From positions 1,696,001 through 1,760,000 of the forward strand of contig OZ253665.1 of NCBI GenBank assembly GCA_965263295.1: a stretch of 64,000 nucleotides of DNA. The letters run 5' to 3'. The translations under genes and the position numbers were made by a program. The notes below the pieces were generated by a model. The model had not been told where the DNA came from. It saw only the letters and a program-made list of their open reading frames with translations, and searched no databases. Shown here piece after piece: positions 29,445-40,238 of the stretch. Source of the stretch: Spirochaetia bacterium (lineage in GTDB: Bacteria > Spirochaetota > Spirochaetia > SP-2023). The stretch's first letter is position 1. Each line of letters starts with the position of its first letter.

Positions 29445-30098
29445 TTGAGCAAAGACAAAGCCGAGTCGGCGGACGAAACGGAACCACATGTAGATACCAG
29501 CGAGCGAGCCGGAGCAGAAGACGACACGTCAGTCAAGGATTCCCAGCTGCCTCAGGCTTCTGCGGCTGAAGCGGCCACAAGCGAGAGTCAGAGTCCCGCA
29601 GCTGAGACAGGGGAGGACTGCGGCTGGGAGAGACAGCTGGCCCAGCTGGAAGCCGATAAACACGAGCTAAAAGAAGCGCTGTTGCGCAAGCAGGCCGATT
29701 TTGAAAATTATCGCCGCCGCATGCAAAAGGACAAAGAAGAAGCCATTCAGTTTGCCAATCGCAGCTTGATCGCCGAGTTGCTGGAAGTACTCGATAATTT
29801 CGAGCGGGCCCTGGCCTCACACCAAGAGGAGAAAGATTCCAGCCCGGCCATGCAGGGCCTCTTTGAAGGTTTGGAGTTGGTAGAAAAGCAGCTGAGCGAC
29901 CTGCTCAGTGCCAAAGGACTCAAGGCCATGGACTGTGTGGGACAGGAATTTGATCCGAACCGGCACGAAGCCTTAATGATGGAAGAGAGCATGGACTGCA
30001 AGGTGGCCACGGTCGTAGAGAATTTTCAGACGGGATACCTGCTGCACGAACGCGTGTTGCGCCCAGCCCGCGTCAAGGTGGCCAAGCCGGCCAATTGA
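29445..30098 (+). CDS. grpE: Nucleotide exchange factor GrpE
   Basis: ADFENYRRR, LLEVLDNFERA, FDPNRHEA, GYLLHERVLRPARVKV; TTG start after AGGAG (track start 29388). Confidence 0.93.
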   Translation: MSKDKAESADETEPHVDTSERAGAEDDTSVKDSQLPQASAAEAATSESQSPAAETGEDCGWERQLAQLEADKHELKEALLRKQADFENYRRRMQKDKEEAIQFANRSLIAELLEVLDNFERALASHQEEKDSSPAMQGLFEGLELVEKQLSDLLSAKGLKAMDCVGQEFDPNRHEALMMEESMDCKVATVVENFQTGYLLHERVLRPARVKVAKPAN

Positions 30099-30227
30099 GC
30101 TCGACGCAAAAAATGCAAAAACTGCAGACAATGGCAAAGTGGGGCTTGCCGTTGAGTACCTTGTTTGCATATTTTCAAAAGGAAAGATAAAAGTCCTGAA
30201 AATCTAGGAAATGTAGAGGTTATATTT

Positions 30228-32144
30228 ATGGGAAAGATTATTGGTATCGACTTGGGTACCACAAACTCGTGTGTCGCCGTTATGGAAGGCGGCAATTCCG
30301 TTGTCATTACAAATGAGGAAGGCCAGCGCACAACGCCATCGATGGTGGCGTACACGGATAAAAATGAGCGCCTGGTTGGCCAGTCCGCCAAAAACCAAAT
30401 GGTGACCAATCCCGAAAACACCATTTTCTCCATCAAGCGTTTTATGGGCCGCCGTTACAACGAGGTTAGCGAAGAGCTGAAGCACTGTCCATACAAAGTA
30501 ATCAAGGCGTCCAATGACGATCCGCGCGTGCAAATCCGCGACAAGCAATTTTCGCCGCCGGAAGTTTCCGCAGCCATCCTGCAGAAGATGAAGAAAACCG
30601 CCGAGGACTACCTGGGCGAAGGGATAAAAGAAGCCGTCATTACCGTTCCCGCTTATTTTAACGACTCTCAGCGCCAGGCGACCAAGGATGCCGGCCGTAT
30701 CGCCGGGCTGGACGTCAAACGTATCGTCAACGAACCGACTGCCGCGGCCTTGGCTTATGGCCTGGACAAAGTCAAGAAAGAAGAGAAAATTGCCGTCTAC
30801 GACTTGGGTGGCGGGACTTTTGACATTTCTATTCTCGACCTCGGCGACGGCGTATTTGAAGTGCGCTCAACCAACGGCGACACTCATCTCGGCGGCGATA
30901 ATTTTGACGAAGTGGTTATCGAGTGGATTATCGCAGAGTTCAAGAGCCAGAGCGGGATTGACCTCTCAAATGACAATATGGCTCTTCAGCGCCTGAAGGA
31001 AGCTGCCGAAAAGGCCAAAAAGGAACTGTCTTCGGCCCAGAGTACCAGCATTAATCTGCCTTACATCACCGCCGATGCCAGTGGCCCCAAACATCTACAG
31101 CTAGAGCTGAGCCGCACCAGATTTCAGTCTATGGTCGAGCACCTCGTACAGCGTACCAAGGAACCATGCCTTAAGGCCTTGCAAGACGCCGGCTATGCTC
31201 CCTCAGACATTGACGAGGTTATACTGGTGGGCGGCTCCACCCGTATCCCGGCAATCCAGAAGATTGTCAAAGAGATTTTCGGCAAGGAGCCCAATCGCAG
31301 CGTGAATCCGGACGAGGTGGTCGCCATGGGCGCCGCCATTCAAGGAGGCGTGCTCGGTGGTGACGTCAACGATGTGCTGTTGCTGGATGTGACACCGCTG
31401 TCCTTGGGCATTGAAACCGAAGGTGGCGTATTCACCAAGCTGATTGAGCGCAACACGACGATTCCGACGCGCAAGAGCCAGATTTTTTCGACGGCAGCTA
31501 ACAATCAGACCGCCGTTACCATCCATGTCCTGCAGGGCGAACGCCCAATGGTGGCACAAAACCGCAGCCTGGGGAACTTCAACCTGCAAGGCATCCCGGC
31601 CGCGCCGCGCGGCGTACCACAAATTGAGGTTTCGTTTGACATAGACTCCAATGGTATCGTACACGTTTCGGCCAAGGACATGGGCACCGGCAAAGAACAA
31701 AAAATCCGCATCGAATCTTCTTCCGGACTCTCCGAGGGCGAAATTGACAAAATGGTCCAAGATGCCGAGATGAATGCCGCCGAAGACGAAAAACTGCGCA
31801 AAAAGATTGAGGCGAAAAACCACGCCGAAAGTTTGATCCACTCTGTCGATCAGACGCTGGAATCTGCAGCAGAAAAACTTTCGGACGCAGAGAAGAGCGA
31901 CATTGAAACGGCCAAAAAGGAACTGCAAGATGCCATTGCTTCCGACAACCTGGAAAATATTGAGGCTAAGACCAAAAACTTGCAGGATGTGGTCAGCAAG
32001 TTTGCCGAAAAACTCTATAGTCAGCCTGGTAGTCCGTCCGGCAGCGAAGCTGCCGCGCAATCAGAAACTCCCCATAACGACAACCATAACAAAGGAGGAG
32101 ATCAGGGTGCTCAGGACGCTGATTTTGAAGTGGTAGACAAATAA
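30228..32144 (+). CDS. dnaK: Chaperone DnaK
   Basis: [31 protein letters not shown]-terminal [15 protein letters not shown]. Confidence 0.98.
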   Translation: MGKIIGIDLGTTNSCVAVMEGGNSVVITNEEGQRTTPSMVAYTDKNERLVGQSAKNQMVTNPENTIFSIKRFMGRRYNEVSEELKHCPYKVIKASNDDPRVQIRDKQFSPPEVSAAILQKMKKTAEDYLGEGIKEAVITVPAYFNDSQRQATKDAGRIAGLDVKRIVNEPTAAALAYGLDKVKKEEKIAVYDLGGGTFDISILDLGDGVFEVRSTNGDTHLGGDNFDEVVIEWIIAEFKSQSGIDLSNDNMALQRLKEAAEKAKKELSSAQSTSINLPYITADASGPKHLQLELSRTRFQSMVEHLVQRTKEPCLKALQDAGYAPSDIDEVILVGGSTRIPAIQKIVKEIFGKEPNRSVNPDEVVAMGAAIQGGVLGGDVNDVLLLDVTPLSLGIETEGGVFTKLIERNTTIPTRKSQIFSTAANNQTAVTIHVLQGERPMVAQNRSLGNFNLQGIPAAPRGVPQIEVSFDIDSNGIVHVSAKDMGTGKEQKIRIESSSGLSEGEIDKMVQDAEMNAAEDEKLRKKIEAKNHAESLIHSVDQTLESAAEKLSDAEKSDIETAKKELQDAIASDNLENIEAKTKNLQDVVSKFAEKLYSQPGSPSGSEAAAQSETPHNDNHNKGGDQGAQDADFEVVDK

Positions 32145-32325
32145 GATTGCAAGTGCTAGACGCTTGAAGCCAGGCCGAGGCACACGTCAAGCGGGCGACG
32201 CTGTGTCTAGGCGCCAGGCCCGTATTTGCCTTTTATATCGGGCATGTCTAGGAATTATAAATTCTATATCCAATAAACTTCTAGATAAAATCACATAAAA
32301 CCGGAACCAGAGCAAGGAAAACGCC

Positions 32326-33456
32326 GTGCCGAAACGAGACTATTACGAAATTCTGGGTGTCAACAAAACAGCCAGTGCCGAGGAAATAAAGAAGGCCTAT
32401 CGCAAGCTGGCAGTCAAATATCATCCGGACCGCAATCACGGCAATGCCGGCGCGGAAGAGAAGTTCAAGGAGGCAACGGAAGCCTACGAAGTGCTAGCCG
32501 ATCCCAAAAAGCGCCAGACCTACGATCAATTCGGGCATGCCGGCCTCGGTGGCATGGGCGGCGGCATGGGCGGCAGTGGTTTTGACTCTTCAATCTTTTC
32601 GGGTTTTGAAGACCTCTTTGGCAGCGACTTAGGTAGTATTTTCGGCAGCTTCTTTGGCGGCGGGGGGCGCTCGGCGACACGTGGTGCACGCGGCAACGAT
32701 CTACGCTACACCATGGAGCTGAATTTTTCAGAAGCTGTTTACGGCTGTAAAAAATCGATTACTTTTCGCCGTATTATTTCTTGCAGTACCTGTAATGGTA
32801 CCGGCAGCAAAGATGGCAAGAGGCAAATATGTCCTCAGTGCAATGGCACGGGTCAGATACGCCGCTCGCAAGGCCTTTTTTCCGTAGCCACCACTTGCCC
32901 TACTTGTCAGGGCTCAGGGCAAATTATCACTAATCCCTGCAGTTCTTGCCAAGGCAGCGGCCAGCAACATACCGAACAACACGTCAGTGTGACTGTGCCC
33001 GCCGGTGTCGACAATGACAGCCGCATTCGCCTGGAAGGTCAGGGCGACTATGGCCGCGGCGCACGTGCCTCGACGGGTGACCTCTACATTGTTTTTGTCG
33101 TGCGCCCTCACTCCTACTTTGAGCGCCATGAGCACGACTTATACTGCGCCTTGCCGTTGAGCCTCTCTCAAGCCGCCTTGGGGGGCACCATTTACCTGAA
33201 GACTCTGGATGACAAAAAAGTAAAACTTAAAGTGCCGGCGGGCTGGCAATCGGGCAAGAAAATGCGGATCAAGGGTGAGGGAGTCCCTTTTCTCGGCAAC
33301 AGCAGTCGTCGGGGCGACCTGTATGTCCAATTGACGGTGCGGATCCCACAAAGAATTTCCAGCAAAGCCAGAAAACTACTCGAAGACCTGGCGCGCATCC
33401 AAGCGGACAGCGATGATCCCGGCCTGATCAGCTTGCGAGATCTTAGCGGAGAATAA
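32326..33456 (+). CDS. dnaJ: Chaperone DnaJ
   Basis: J domain HPD, G/F region, four CxxCxGxG repeats; GTG start. Confidence 0.97.
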   Translation: MPKRDYYEILGVNKTASAEEIKKAYRKLAVKYHPDRNHGNAGAEEKFKEATEAYEVLADPKKRQTYDQFGHAGLGGMGGGMGGSGFDSSIFSGFEDLFGSDLGSIFGSFFGGGGRSATRGARGNDLRYTMELNFSEAVYGCKKSITFRRIISCSTCNGTGSKDGKRQICPQCNGTGQIRRSQGLFSVATTCPTCQGSGQIITNPCSSCQGSGQQHTEQHVSVTVPAGVDNDSRIRLEGQGDYGRGARASTGDLYIVFVVRPHSYFERHEHDLYCALPLSLSQAALGGTIYLKTLDDKKVKLKVPAGWQSGKKMRIKGEGVPFLGNSSRRGDLYVQLTVRIPQRISSKARKLLEDLARIQADSDDPGLISLRDLSGE

Positions 33457-33475
33457 TAAATATCAGCCTGGATTC

Positions 33476-33508
33476 CCGAAGCGGCACATAGCGCCGCTTC
33501 GGTTTTTT
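33476..33508 (+). terminator. Intrinsic terminator after dnaJ
   Basis: CCGAAGCGGC-7nt-GCCGCTTCGG followed by T6. Confidence 0.8.
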
Positions 33509-33669
33509 ACTTTTTTTACAATGATTTGCACCAATTGGGGAAAAATTCTATATTTCCTAAGCAGATCCGCGGCATGCACGGCATGTTTTGCAGAAACGCA
33601 TCCTTTTCACAAATAGAGTCGCGGGCAGCTTCAACTGCACATACGGCCCAAACTTAGAGGAGTCCAACA

Positions 33670-34821
33670 ATGGCCAAGAAAGCCGCCTTACAAGGCATTG
33701 CCAGTCTGGAAACGAAAGAAGCAAAGGACAAAGCCTTAGGAGTTGTTCTCGAACAGATTGAGAAACAGTATGGCAAAGGCTCATTAATGCGCATGAGCGA
33801 AGACCAAAAGATCGAAGTTGACACCATTCCGAGCGGCTCCATTTTGCTCGACGAAGCGCTGGGAGTCGGCGGCTACCCCAAGGGACGCATTATTGAGGTC
33901 TACGGCCCTGAATCTTCAGGCAAGACGACTCTGACTCTGCACGCCATCGCAGAGTGCCAAAAGCGAGGTGGTACAGCTGCCTTTATTGACGCAGAACACG
34001 CCCTTGACCCCCAATATGCCAAAAAGCTGGGCGTAAGGATTGAAGATCTTTGGGTCTCGCAGCCTGATAGTGGTGAACAGGCCTTGGAAATTTCTGACTC
34101 TTTGGTGCGTTCTGGTGCCGTGGACATTGTTGTCATCGACTCGGTGGCCGCTCTGACACCCAGCGCCGAGATCGCGGGAGAAATGGGAGACTCCCACGTG
34201 GGCCTCCAGGCCCGACTAATGAGCCAGGCTCTGCGCAAGCTGACCGCAAATATTTCCAAGTCAGGTTGCATTGTATTTTTCATCAACCAGATTCGCATGA
34301 AAATTGGCGTAATGTTTAGTAGTCCAGAGACCACAGCCGGCGGCAATGCCCTAAAATTCTATTGCTCGGTGCGCCTGGATGTACGCAAAATAGAAACACT
34401 CGCCAAGGGTTCAGAGGACGCCTACGGCAACCGCGTGCGCGTCAAAGTAGTAAAAAACAAAGTGGCCCCGCCATTCCGCAAGTGTGAGTTTGACATCATT
34501 TTCGGCAAGGGTATTTCCGCCCAGGGTTGCCTAGTGGATGCCGCACTTAAATGTGAATTGATAAAAAAGAGCGGCAGCTGGTTCTCGCGCATCACAGATC
34601 AAGGCGAAGAAAAAATTGGTCAGGGTCGTGACAACGTAATTCAGTTCTTCAACGAAAATCCGGACATTGCCTCAGAGCTCGAGACCACGATACGACAGAA
34701 GCTATTTGCGACAGAAGGAGCGGCAAATCCTGCTCCTGCAGGATCAGGCGGTAACCGAGCCAGTAAAAAGCCTAGAACTAAGCCTGTCGAGGATAATGAA
34801 GCACTCGAAATAAAGGCATGA
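33670..34821 (+). CDS. recA: Recombinase RecA
   Basis: [36 protein letters not shown]. Confidence 0.98.
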   Translation: MAKKAALQGIASLETKEAKDKALGVVLEQIEKQYGKGSLMRMSEDQKIEVDTIPSGSILLDEALGVGGYPKGRIIEVYGPESSGKTTLTLHAIAECQKRGGTAAFIDAEHALDPQYAKKLGVRIEDLWVSQPDSGEQALEISDSLVRSGAVDIVVIDSVAALTPSAEIAGEMGDSHVGLQARLMSQALRKLTANISKSGCIVFFINQIRMKIGVMFSSPETTAGGNALKFYCSVRLDVRKIETLAKGSEDAYGNRVRVKVVKNKVAPPFRKCEFDIIFGKGISAQGCLVDAALKCELIKKSGSWFSRITDQGEEKIGQGRDNVIQFFNENPDIASELETTIRQKLFATEGAANPAPAGSGGNRASKKPRTKPVEDNEALEIKA

Positions 34822-34840
34822 TTAAAAAAATAAAAATGGA

Positions 34841-34873
34841 AGAAAAACCGGGAGCAAAGCTCCCGGTTTTTCT
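34841..34873. terminator. Bidirectional intrinsic terminator between convergent genes
   Basis: AGAAAAACCGGGAGC-AAA-GCTCCCGGTTTTTCT perfect hairpin with A/T tails. Confidence 0.85.
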
Positions 34874-35155
34874 CTAAAGATCCAGACTGTTCTTTTGACT
34901 AAAATTGAAGATGCGATCAATATACCATTTTTCTTCTGCATAACGATATAGACGAATATACAAGAATATAGAAATTAAAGTTCCAAATAACAGAGCCAAA
35001 ATATAAACCAAGCTTCTATCAATAAAATCTGTAGGAAACTTATTTAATACTAATTCACTAATTACAATAAAACTCAACACTACAATTATTGAGATAGCGA
35101 CATTCATTGTAATAAAAATGACCGAAAAGAATAAGTATTTTATTTTTCTGTTCAT
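34874..35155 (-). CDS. Small two-TM hypothetical membrane protein
   Basis: AGGAGG RBS, two hydrophobic segments, follows lspA. Confidence 0.7.
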   Translation of the reverse strand: MNRKIKYLFFSVIFITMNVAISIIVVLSFIVISELVLNKFPTDFIDRSLVYILALLFGTLISIFLYIRLYRYAEEKWYIDRIFNFSQKNSLDL

Positions 35156-35187
35156 TTCCCCTCCTAACAGAAAATAAAACTATTTTA

Positions 35188-35871
35188 TTATAGTCTTTTT
35201 ATCCTAGTATCCTCCTTTGAATCAGATTTGATGCGATAACCATCCTTATCTTCAGACTTATGCCTAGTCCCAATATTATTGAGCTGGAATATTCTATCTT
35301 CTTTAGACAAGAAAAATAATGTATAAATAATCAAGATAATCATGCCAACAAGGATGGAAGCGTCAGCAACGTTATATGTCGGCCAACGATGCATGCTGTA
35401 ATGCAAGCTTCCCCATTCGATATCAATATCCCAAAAGTCGGTATCGACAAAATCGACAACTCCTCCGGATCGAAACAGACGGTCGGCCATATTTCCCATC
35501 CCCCCGCCAATAATTAAGGCCAGACAAGTCCGCTGTAGTCGATACAGATATTGATCGACAAAAACTATATAACTAATATACAGTAAAATAATCAAAGGGA
35601 AAAACTTAAATAATACTGCCTTCAAAGCATCTGGAAGACCGCTACCAATGCTAAAGGCAATAGCCGGATTGCGCACATGAATGATATTCAGATAGCCACT
35701 CCACATGGAAAAATAAGGAGTATGGAAATCGTTGAGAGGGACATTGGCGACAATAAACCACTTACTCAGCTGATCTACAACAATAATTGCCAGGGTCCAT
35801 AAGAAAACCAGAAAATGATGATTGCCCGCTTCTGGATTCAGCTCTCTGACTTGTTTGCCTTTTTTCGACAT
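35188..35871 (-). CDS. lspA: Signal peptidase II
   Basis: DQLSK, RNPAIAFS, GGGMGNMADR, GVVDFVD, WPTYNVAD. Confidence 0.93.
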   Translation of the reverse strand: MSKKGKQVRELNPEAGNHHFLVFLWTLAIIVVDQLSKWFIVANVPLNDFHTPYFSMWSGYLNIIHVRNPAIAFSIGSGLPDALKAVLFKFFPLIILLYISYIVFVDQYLYRLQRTCLALIIGGGMGNMADRLFRSGGVVDFVDTDFWDIDIEWGSLHYSMHRWPTYNVADASILVGMIILIIYTLFFLSKEDRIFQLNNIGTRHKSEDKDGYRIKSDSKEDTRIKRL

Positions 35872-35889
35872 TATGGCATCCTTGCTGAA

Positions 35890-36711
35890 CTAAAGTCCCG
35901 TAGGCAGATCAATGAAATCGGTGCTAATACAGGGCCACTTTTCATTGATCAGGCCGAGCAGACGTGTTACACCGCCGATCTCACTGCGGTAATGGCCCAT
36001 AACCAGGACATGCAAACCTAACTCACGGGCACTGTGGTAATCCTGGTGGGCAATTTCTCCCGTAATGAGTAGCTCACAGCCCTTAGTGGCGGCCTCTTCC
36101 ATAGCCAAAGCCCCAGCGCCAGATACGATGCCGACATTGCGAATACCACAGGCTTTAGCTTTGCGCGAGAATTCCAAAGATAGAGTCTCTGGTGGCAGAT
36201 TCAAGATATCACAAATGTTAGACATGCTCTGAGGGCGCTCAAACTCACCCCGACAACCTATGAAGTGGCCTTTATAGGTTCCGAAACTACATATATTCTG
36301 TAAGTCCAAACGTTCGGCCAAGTGGATATTGTTGCCATACTTTAGGTGGGCATCCAACGGCAGATGGGCGGCATATAAGGCTAGCTGCTTCTCTAATAAA
36401 AGAGCCAGGCGATGATAGTTTGGCCCCGTTACCGGGGCGATCTGGCCCCAGAAAATGCCATGGTGCGTAATCATTAAGTCGGCGGCAACGTCGGCGGCAC
36501 GCTCAAAACTCTCTAGCGAAGCATCGACTGCCGCAACGACTTTACGAATCCGGCGCTGGACATCGCCAACCTGCAAACCGTTCAGCGCTGCGTCTATACC
36601 CTTGAAATCAGCACACTGCAGTTGTTCATCCAACAGACTGGATAATTCAGCCAGGTACGGATATTCGCCCTGTGAAACGAGCGTAGTAGAACTAGGTATT
36701 TCCGTCGTCAT
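35890..36711 (-). CDS. Nif3-like dinuclear metal center protein
   Basis: NGLQV, AVDAS, THHGIFW, HLPLDAH..GNN, ITGE, GHY.SE. Confidence 0.92.
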   Translation of the reverse strand: MTTEIPSSTTLVSQGEYPYLAELSSLLDEQLQCADFKGIDAALNGLQVGDVQRRIRKVVAAVDASLESFERAADVAADLMITHHGIFWGQIAPVTGPNYHRLALLLEKQLALYAAHLPLDAHLKYGNNIHLAERLDLQNICSFGTYKGHFIGCRGEFERPQSMSNICDILNLPPETLSLEFSRKAKACGIRNVGIVSGAGALAMEEAATKGCELLITGEIAHQDYHSARELGLHVLVMGHYRSEIGGVTRLLGLINEKWPCISTDFIDLPTGL

Positions 36712-36826
36712 AATCCCCCCAAAAGACTAGCCAACAGCTAATTTGTGCAAAATTAATACCTCTAGCAAGACGTCATTTGCGACGGTGAGAGAGTTTAGAC
36801 CAGGCGCCCATTTTACTCAACGCATT

Positions 36827-37510
36827 TTACAGTTGTTTTCTTTCTTTTTTATACACATTCGCAGATTCGCCCACAGTACGATCTTGAATATCTCGCGCCG
36901 AAGAGGCATAACGCTCAGAGTTCAAGCGACGAATACGATAGACAAGGTAGGCGACAATAGCGATGAAAATCAACAGCAGGACCAGCTGGACAATGCGGAT
37001 GTCTCGCGGCAATTGTTTGCTATAACGTTTACTCAAGTAATAAATAACCGAGATACTAAAAGAGGCCGAAATTGTGTCGAAAAGCAGGAATTTCCAAGCG
37101 GGCAGGCGCGTAATACCGGCAAACAGAGAAATACAATTGCGCACACCAAAAGGAATGAGACGGCCTAATAAAATCATCAGAGCCGAATGACGGGCAAAAT
37201 GAGCGTCTAACAACTCCAGACGATGCGGCGAAATCGCAGCGCGAAATAAACGCATTCCCAGCAAAGGTCGACCAACTTTTCGCCCCATGGTATACGAAAG
37301 CATATCCCCAACGACAGCCCCGGCTATTAATGCTAAATGCATCAGAGCATCGCTTTCACGGCCTACGAGCGGGGGTAGAGCAACAATAAACAGGCCGGAG
37401 GCAATCACTGTCAGGTCTTCTGAAATCGGGATGTTAAAAGCCGCAATTACGAGTGCCAAAAATACTATCAGTGGGGCTATACTTGCGTATTGCTCAAGCA
37501 ATTCCTGCAT
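36827..37510 (-). CDS. DedA family membrane protein
   Basis: PISEDL...SG, GD...Y..GR, GRLIPFGVRN. Confidence 0.88.
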   Translation of the reverse strand: MQELLEQYASIAPLIVFLALVIAAFNIPISEDLTVIASGLFIVALPPLVGRESDALMHLALIAGAVVGDMLSYTMGRKVGRPLLGMRLFRAAISPHRLELLDAHFARHSALMILLGRLIPFGVRNCISLFAGITRLPAWKFLLFDTISASFSISVIYYLSKRYSKQLPRDIRIVQLVLLLIFIAIVAYLVYRIRRLNSERYASSARDIQDRTVGESANVYKKERKQL

Positions 37511-37723
37511 TGTGTATCACCTATATAAAAAACATTGCAAAAACTTTAGAGTATCCACTATTCATTATATGATTAACAGAGACTTTGCAAAACGCCGCCA
37601 AGATTCTAGTTAATTTCACTAATTAAGAAAATTACCTACCGAAACATTTATTACCAGTTTAATTGTTAATATACTGCATATTTTATACTGATATTTATGG
37701 CAATCAGATTCAGTATCTATCAT

Positions 37724-38347
37724 CTACGGCTTACGGTCGCCAACATATAAAATATAGTGATCAATTTTCCTACGCAGCAAATAAATATGATTCTGCTCGA
37801 AATAGAGCAGTTCAAGTTTTTCATCACTGCCAACAAGCTCTCTACTGGGGCCGATATCCCAACCCCACTGGGCAACTTGCGAACGCAGTTGCGTATCAGA
37901 GAACGATTGCCCAACCAAAGAATCCCAGCGGGATTTGACAAAGTCTTCTCTATCGAGCTTCCAGAACACCCGTAAATGACGGGCCTGCCTTTCTAGCCAA
38001 CGACTTCCCCACTCCAAAGCAGTCAGTTGACCCCGACGCAACTCAAGCCTCAGCCCAATGGTCAATACACCGAAAAGGATGGTAAAGAGCGTCAGTTGGA
38101 CATAATTGCGCCTCAGACGCGATTTGAGTGCCTGCTTGCGCCGCAGGTAGTCTTGCCAAGGTTCTATTTCCTGTAAACCCGCTCGTGTCGTGGCTCTTTC
38201 GCCCTGTTCCCGTTCTCTCTGGTCTTCTGTCTGATTTTGCGATATATATTTGCGTTTCAATAGCATAGAGCAGCTCATGCACATGGGCACATATTTGAAG
38301 CTTAGTGTTAATTCTGTTAAAATTCGCTGCCGATGCCGGCCGGCCAT
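37724..38347 (-). CDS. Hypothetical single-TM protein (start uncertain)
   Basis: 207-aa ORF with one hydrophobic segment filling the gap between dedA and ppaC. Confidence 0.5.
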   Translation of the reverse strand: MAGRHRQRILTELTLSFKYVPMCMSCSMLLKRKYISQNQTEDQREREQGERATTRAGLQEIEPWQDYLRRKQALKSRLRRNYVQLTLFTILFGVLTIGLRLELRRGQLTALEWGSRWLERQARHLRVFWKLDREDFVKSRWDSLVGQSFSDTQLRSQVAQWGWDIGPSRELVGSDEKLELLYFEQNHIYLLRRKIDHYILYVGDRKP

Positions 38348-38421
38348 CAGTTAAAATTGTAAGTCTGAAATAGAAGCAATACAAGCTTTGCAGAGCAAAG
38401 AGCATATTTAAAGGAGTATAT

Positions 38422-40116
38422 ATGAGTTCAGTTACACATAAAAGTACCGCGAATATCAATCTGGGTGAAGACGTCATCATCTGTGGCCACCGCAACCCGG
38501 ACACCGATTCGGTTTGCTCGGCTTATGCCCTACAACATTACAAGAAAGCCATCGGAGAGCCCTCACGCCACGTCGCCGTGCGTTGCGGCCATTTGAACCA
38601 CCAGACAAAGTTCATTTTTAGCCACTTGAACGTTGAGCCCCCGCCGTTACTACCCGATATCAACTACCGCGTTCACCATATCATGTCCCCAATATATCTG
38701 TCAAATCCTCTCTCAGCTATCGCCGAGGCCGTTCAAGTAATGAAGGAACAAAGCCTGCGCCTAATTCCTGTCCAAGACGAAGAGGGCCGCTATCAAGGTG
38801 TATACACATTGGACGAAATGACAAATTTCCTGATTGAACGCACCCGCAGCACCTATACGAACTACGAGATTGTCGTAGACAACCTGGTTCAAATACTCAG
38901 AGCCCAGATTGTCCTTCGCGCTGCCCGTCCAGTTATCCACGCAGGCTTCCTCGTGGGCAGTATGGACCGCGACCAAATTGAAGACTATTTCAGCGAGCTT
39001 GACCTTTCCCAGTTTATATTAGTCATTGGACGGCGCAGCAGCATTATCCGCAATGCGATGGAACGTGGTATCGCCGGTATTATCATCACAGGGGACAGCC
39101 TGAACGACGAAGAAATTAAAGCTCTATGCCCCAGTTATCAAGGTTGGATCCTCCGCAGCAGCCTGCATTCCGAAAATGTAATCCGCGCCAGCGCCATGGC
39201 CTCTTCGGTACGCGCCCACCTCAGCCGCGATGCCGAAACCATCAGTCCCGAAGCCCTAATTGAAGAAGCGAAACAGATACTGCAACGTCAATCAGGCCTG
39301 CCCGTAGTCGACGAAGAGGGCAAGCTTCATGGCATGGTGCGCCGTATGGACGTGATTAACGTCAAGAAGCCTCGCTTAATCCTTACGGACCACAACGAGC
39401 CCGCTCAGTCCATCCTGGGCAGCGAGAATGCCGAAATTGTCGAAATTATCGATCATCATCGCCTTTCTCCCAGACCAACTACCAAGCCTATCAATTTTTT
39501 TACAGCTCCAGTAGGCAGTACCTGTACCTTGGTGTCCGAGCTTTTCCTGCGTTCTGGTACGAAAATCCCTATGGATGCGGCTAAAATTTTGCTCTCAGGG
39601 GTAATTAGCGACACCGTAATGTTGCGTTCACCAACCACTACCGACCGCGACAGCAAGGTAGCGGCGCAGCTCGCCGAATATACCGGTCTGGATCCCATTA
39701 CCCTCGGTAATGAAATTTACACCAACGGCTCAATACTCAAGGGCATGCCCATTGAAAAAATAATCAAGAATGACTTTAAAGAATTTGCCCATAACGGCGT
39801 CCAATTTGGCGTCGGTCAGGTTGAAGTCGTCAACATGCGTGAAATCGACGGTCTGGAAAAAGACCTGATCGCCGAACTGGACCGGCTCTCCCTGCCTCAG
39901 GGCGGCCCCTACCACTGGGCCGTATTGCTCGTAACCAATATTCACACGTGCGACAGTATTCTACTGAGTTCAAGCTACGCGCGCGGCCAGGCCAAACTTA
40001 GCTACGAGAAGACCGCCAAGCAGATTTATGACCTGCCCGGCGTCATGTCACGCAAGAAACAGCTGCTGCCAGCGCTCATTGAAGCTCTTACAGACCAGGA
40101 GCTAGGGCGTAATTAA
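38422..40116 (+). CDS. ppaC: Mn-dependent family II inorganic pyrophosphatase with CBS-DRTGG-CBS insert
   Basis: GHRNPDTDS, LTDHNE..QS, IIDHH, PVGSTCT, SDT...SPTTT, DFKEF, SRKKQ. Confidence 0.92.
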   Translation: MSSVTHKSTANINLGEDVIICGHRNPDTDSVCSAYALQHYKKAIGEPSRHVAVRCGHLNHQTKFIFSHLNVEPPPLLPDINYRVHHIMSPIYLSNPLSAIAEAVQVMKEQSLRLIPVQDEEGRYQGVYTLDEMTNFLIERTRSTYTNYEIVVDNLVQILRAQIVLRAARPVIHAGFLVGSMDRDQIEDYFSELDLSQFILVIGRRSSIIRNAMERGIAGIIITGDSLNDEEIKALCPSYQGWILRSSLHSENVIRASAMASSVRAHLSRDAETISPEALIEEAKQILQRQSGLPVVDEEGKLHGMVRRMDVINVKKPRLILTDHNEPAQSILGSENAEIVEIIDHHRLSPRPTTKPINFFTAPVGSTCTLVSELFLRSGTKIPMDAAKILLSGVISDTVMLRSPTTTDRDSKVAAQLAEYTGLDPITLGNEIYTNGSILKGMPIEKIIKNDFKEFAHNGVQFGVGQVEVVNMREIDGLEKDLIAELDRLSLPQGGPYHWAVLLVTNIHTCDSILLSSSYARGQAKLSYEKTAKQIYDLPGVMSRKKQLLPALIEALTDQELGRN

Positions 40117-40238
40117 GGCAGGGGCAAGTTAAGGGCAAGTCTCAGAGGCAAGACGCGGCCAACGTTGTAATCCGTGGCTACGATTCCCGCATTGCGCACA
40201 AACCCTTCCGCTTATCGCCCTCCCGCAGCGACTCCGCC

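Noticed and set aside
29006..30227. CIRCE/HrcA operator for the dnaK operon
   Set aside because: No TTAGCACTC-N9-GAGTGCTAA match found by eye, and no hrcA in the window
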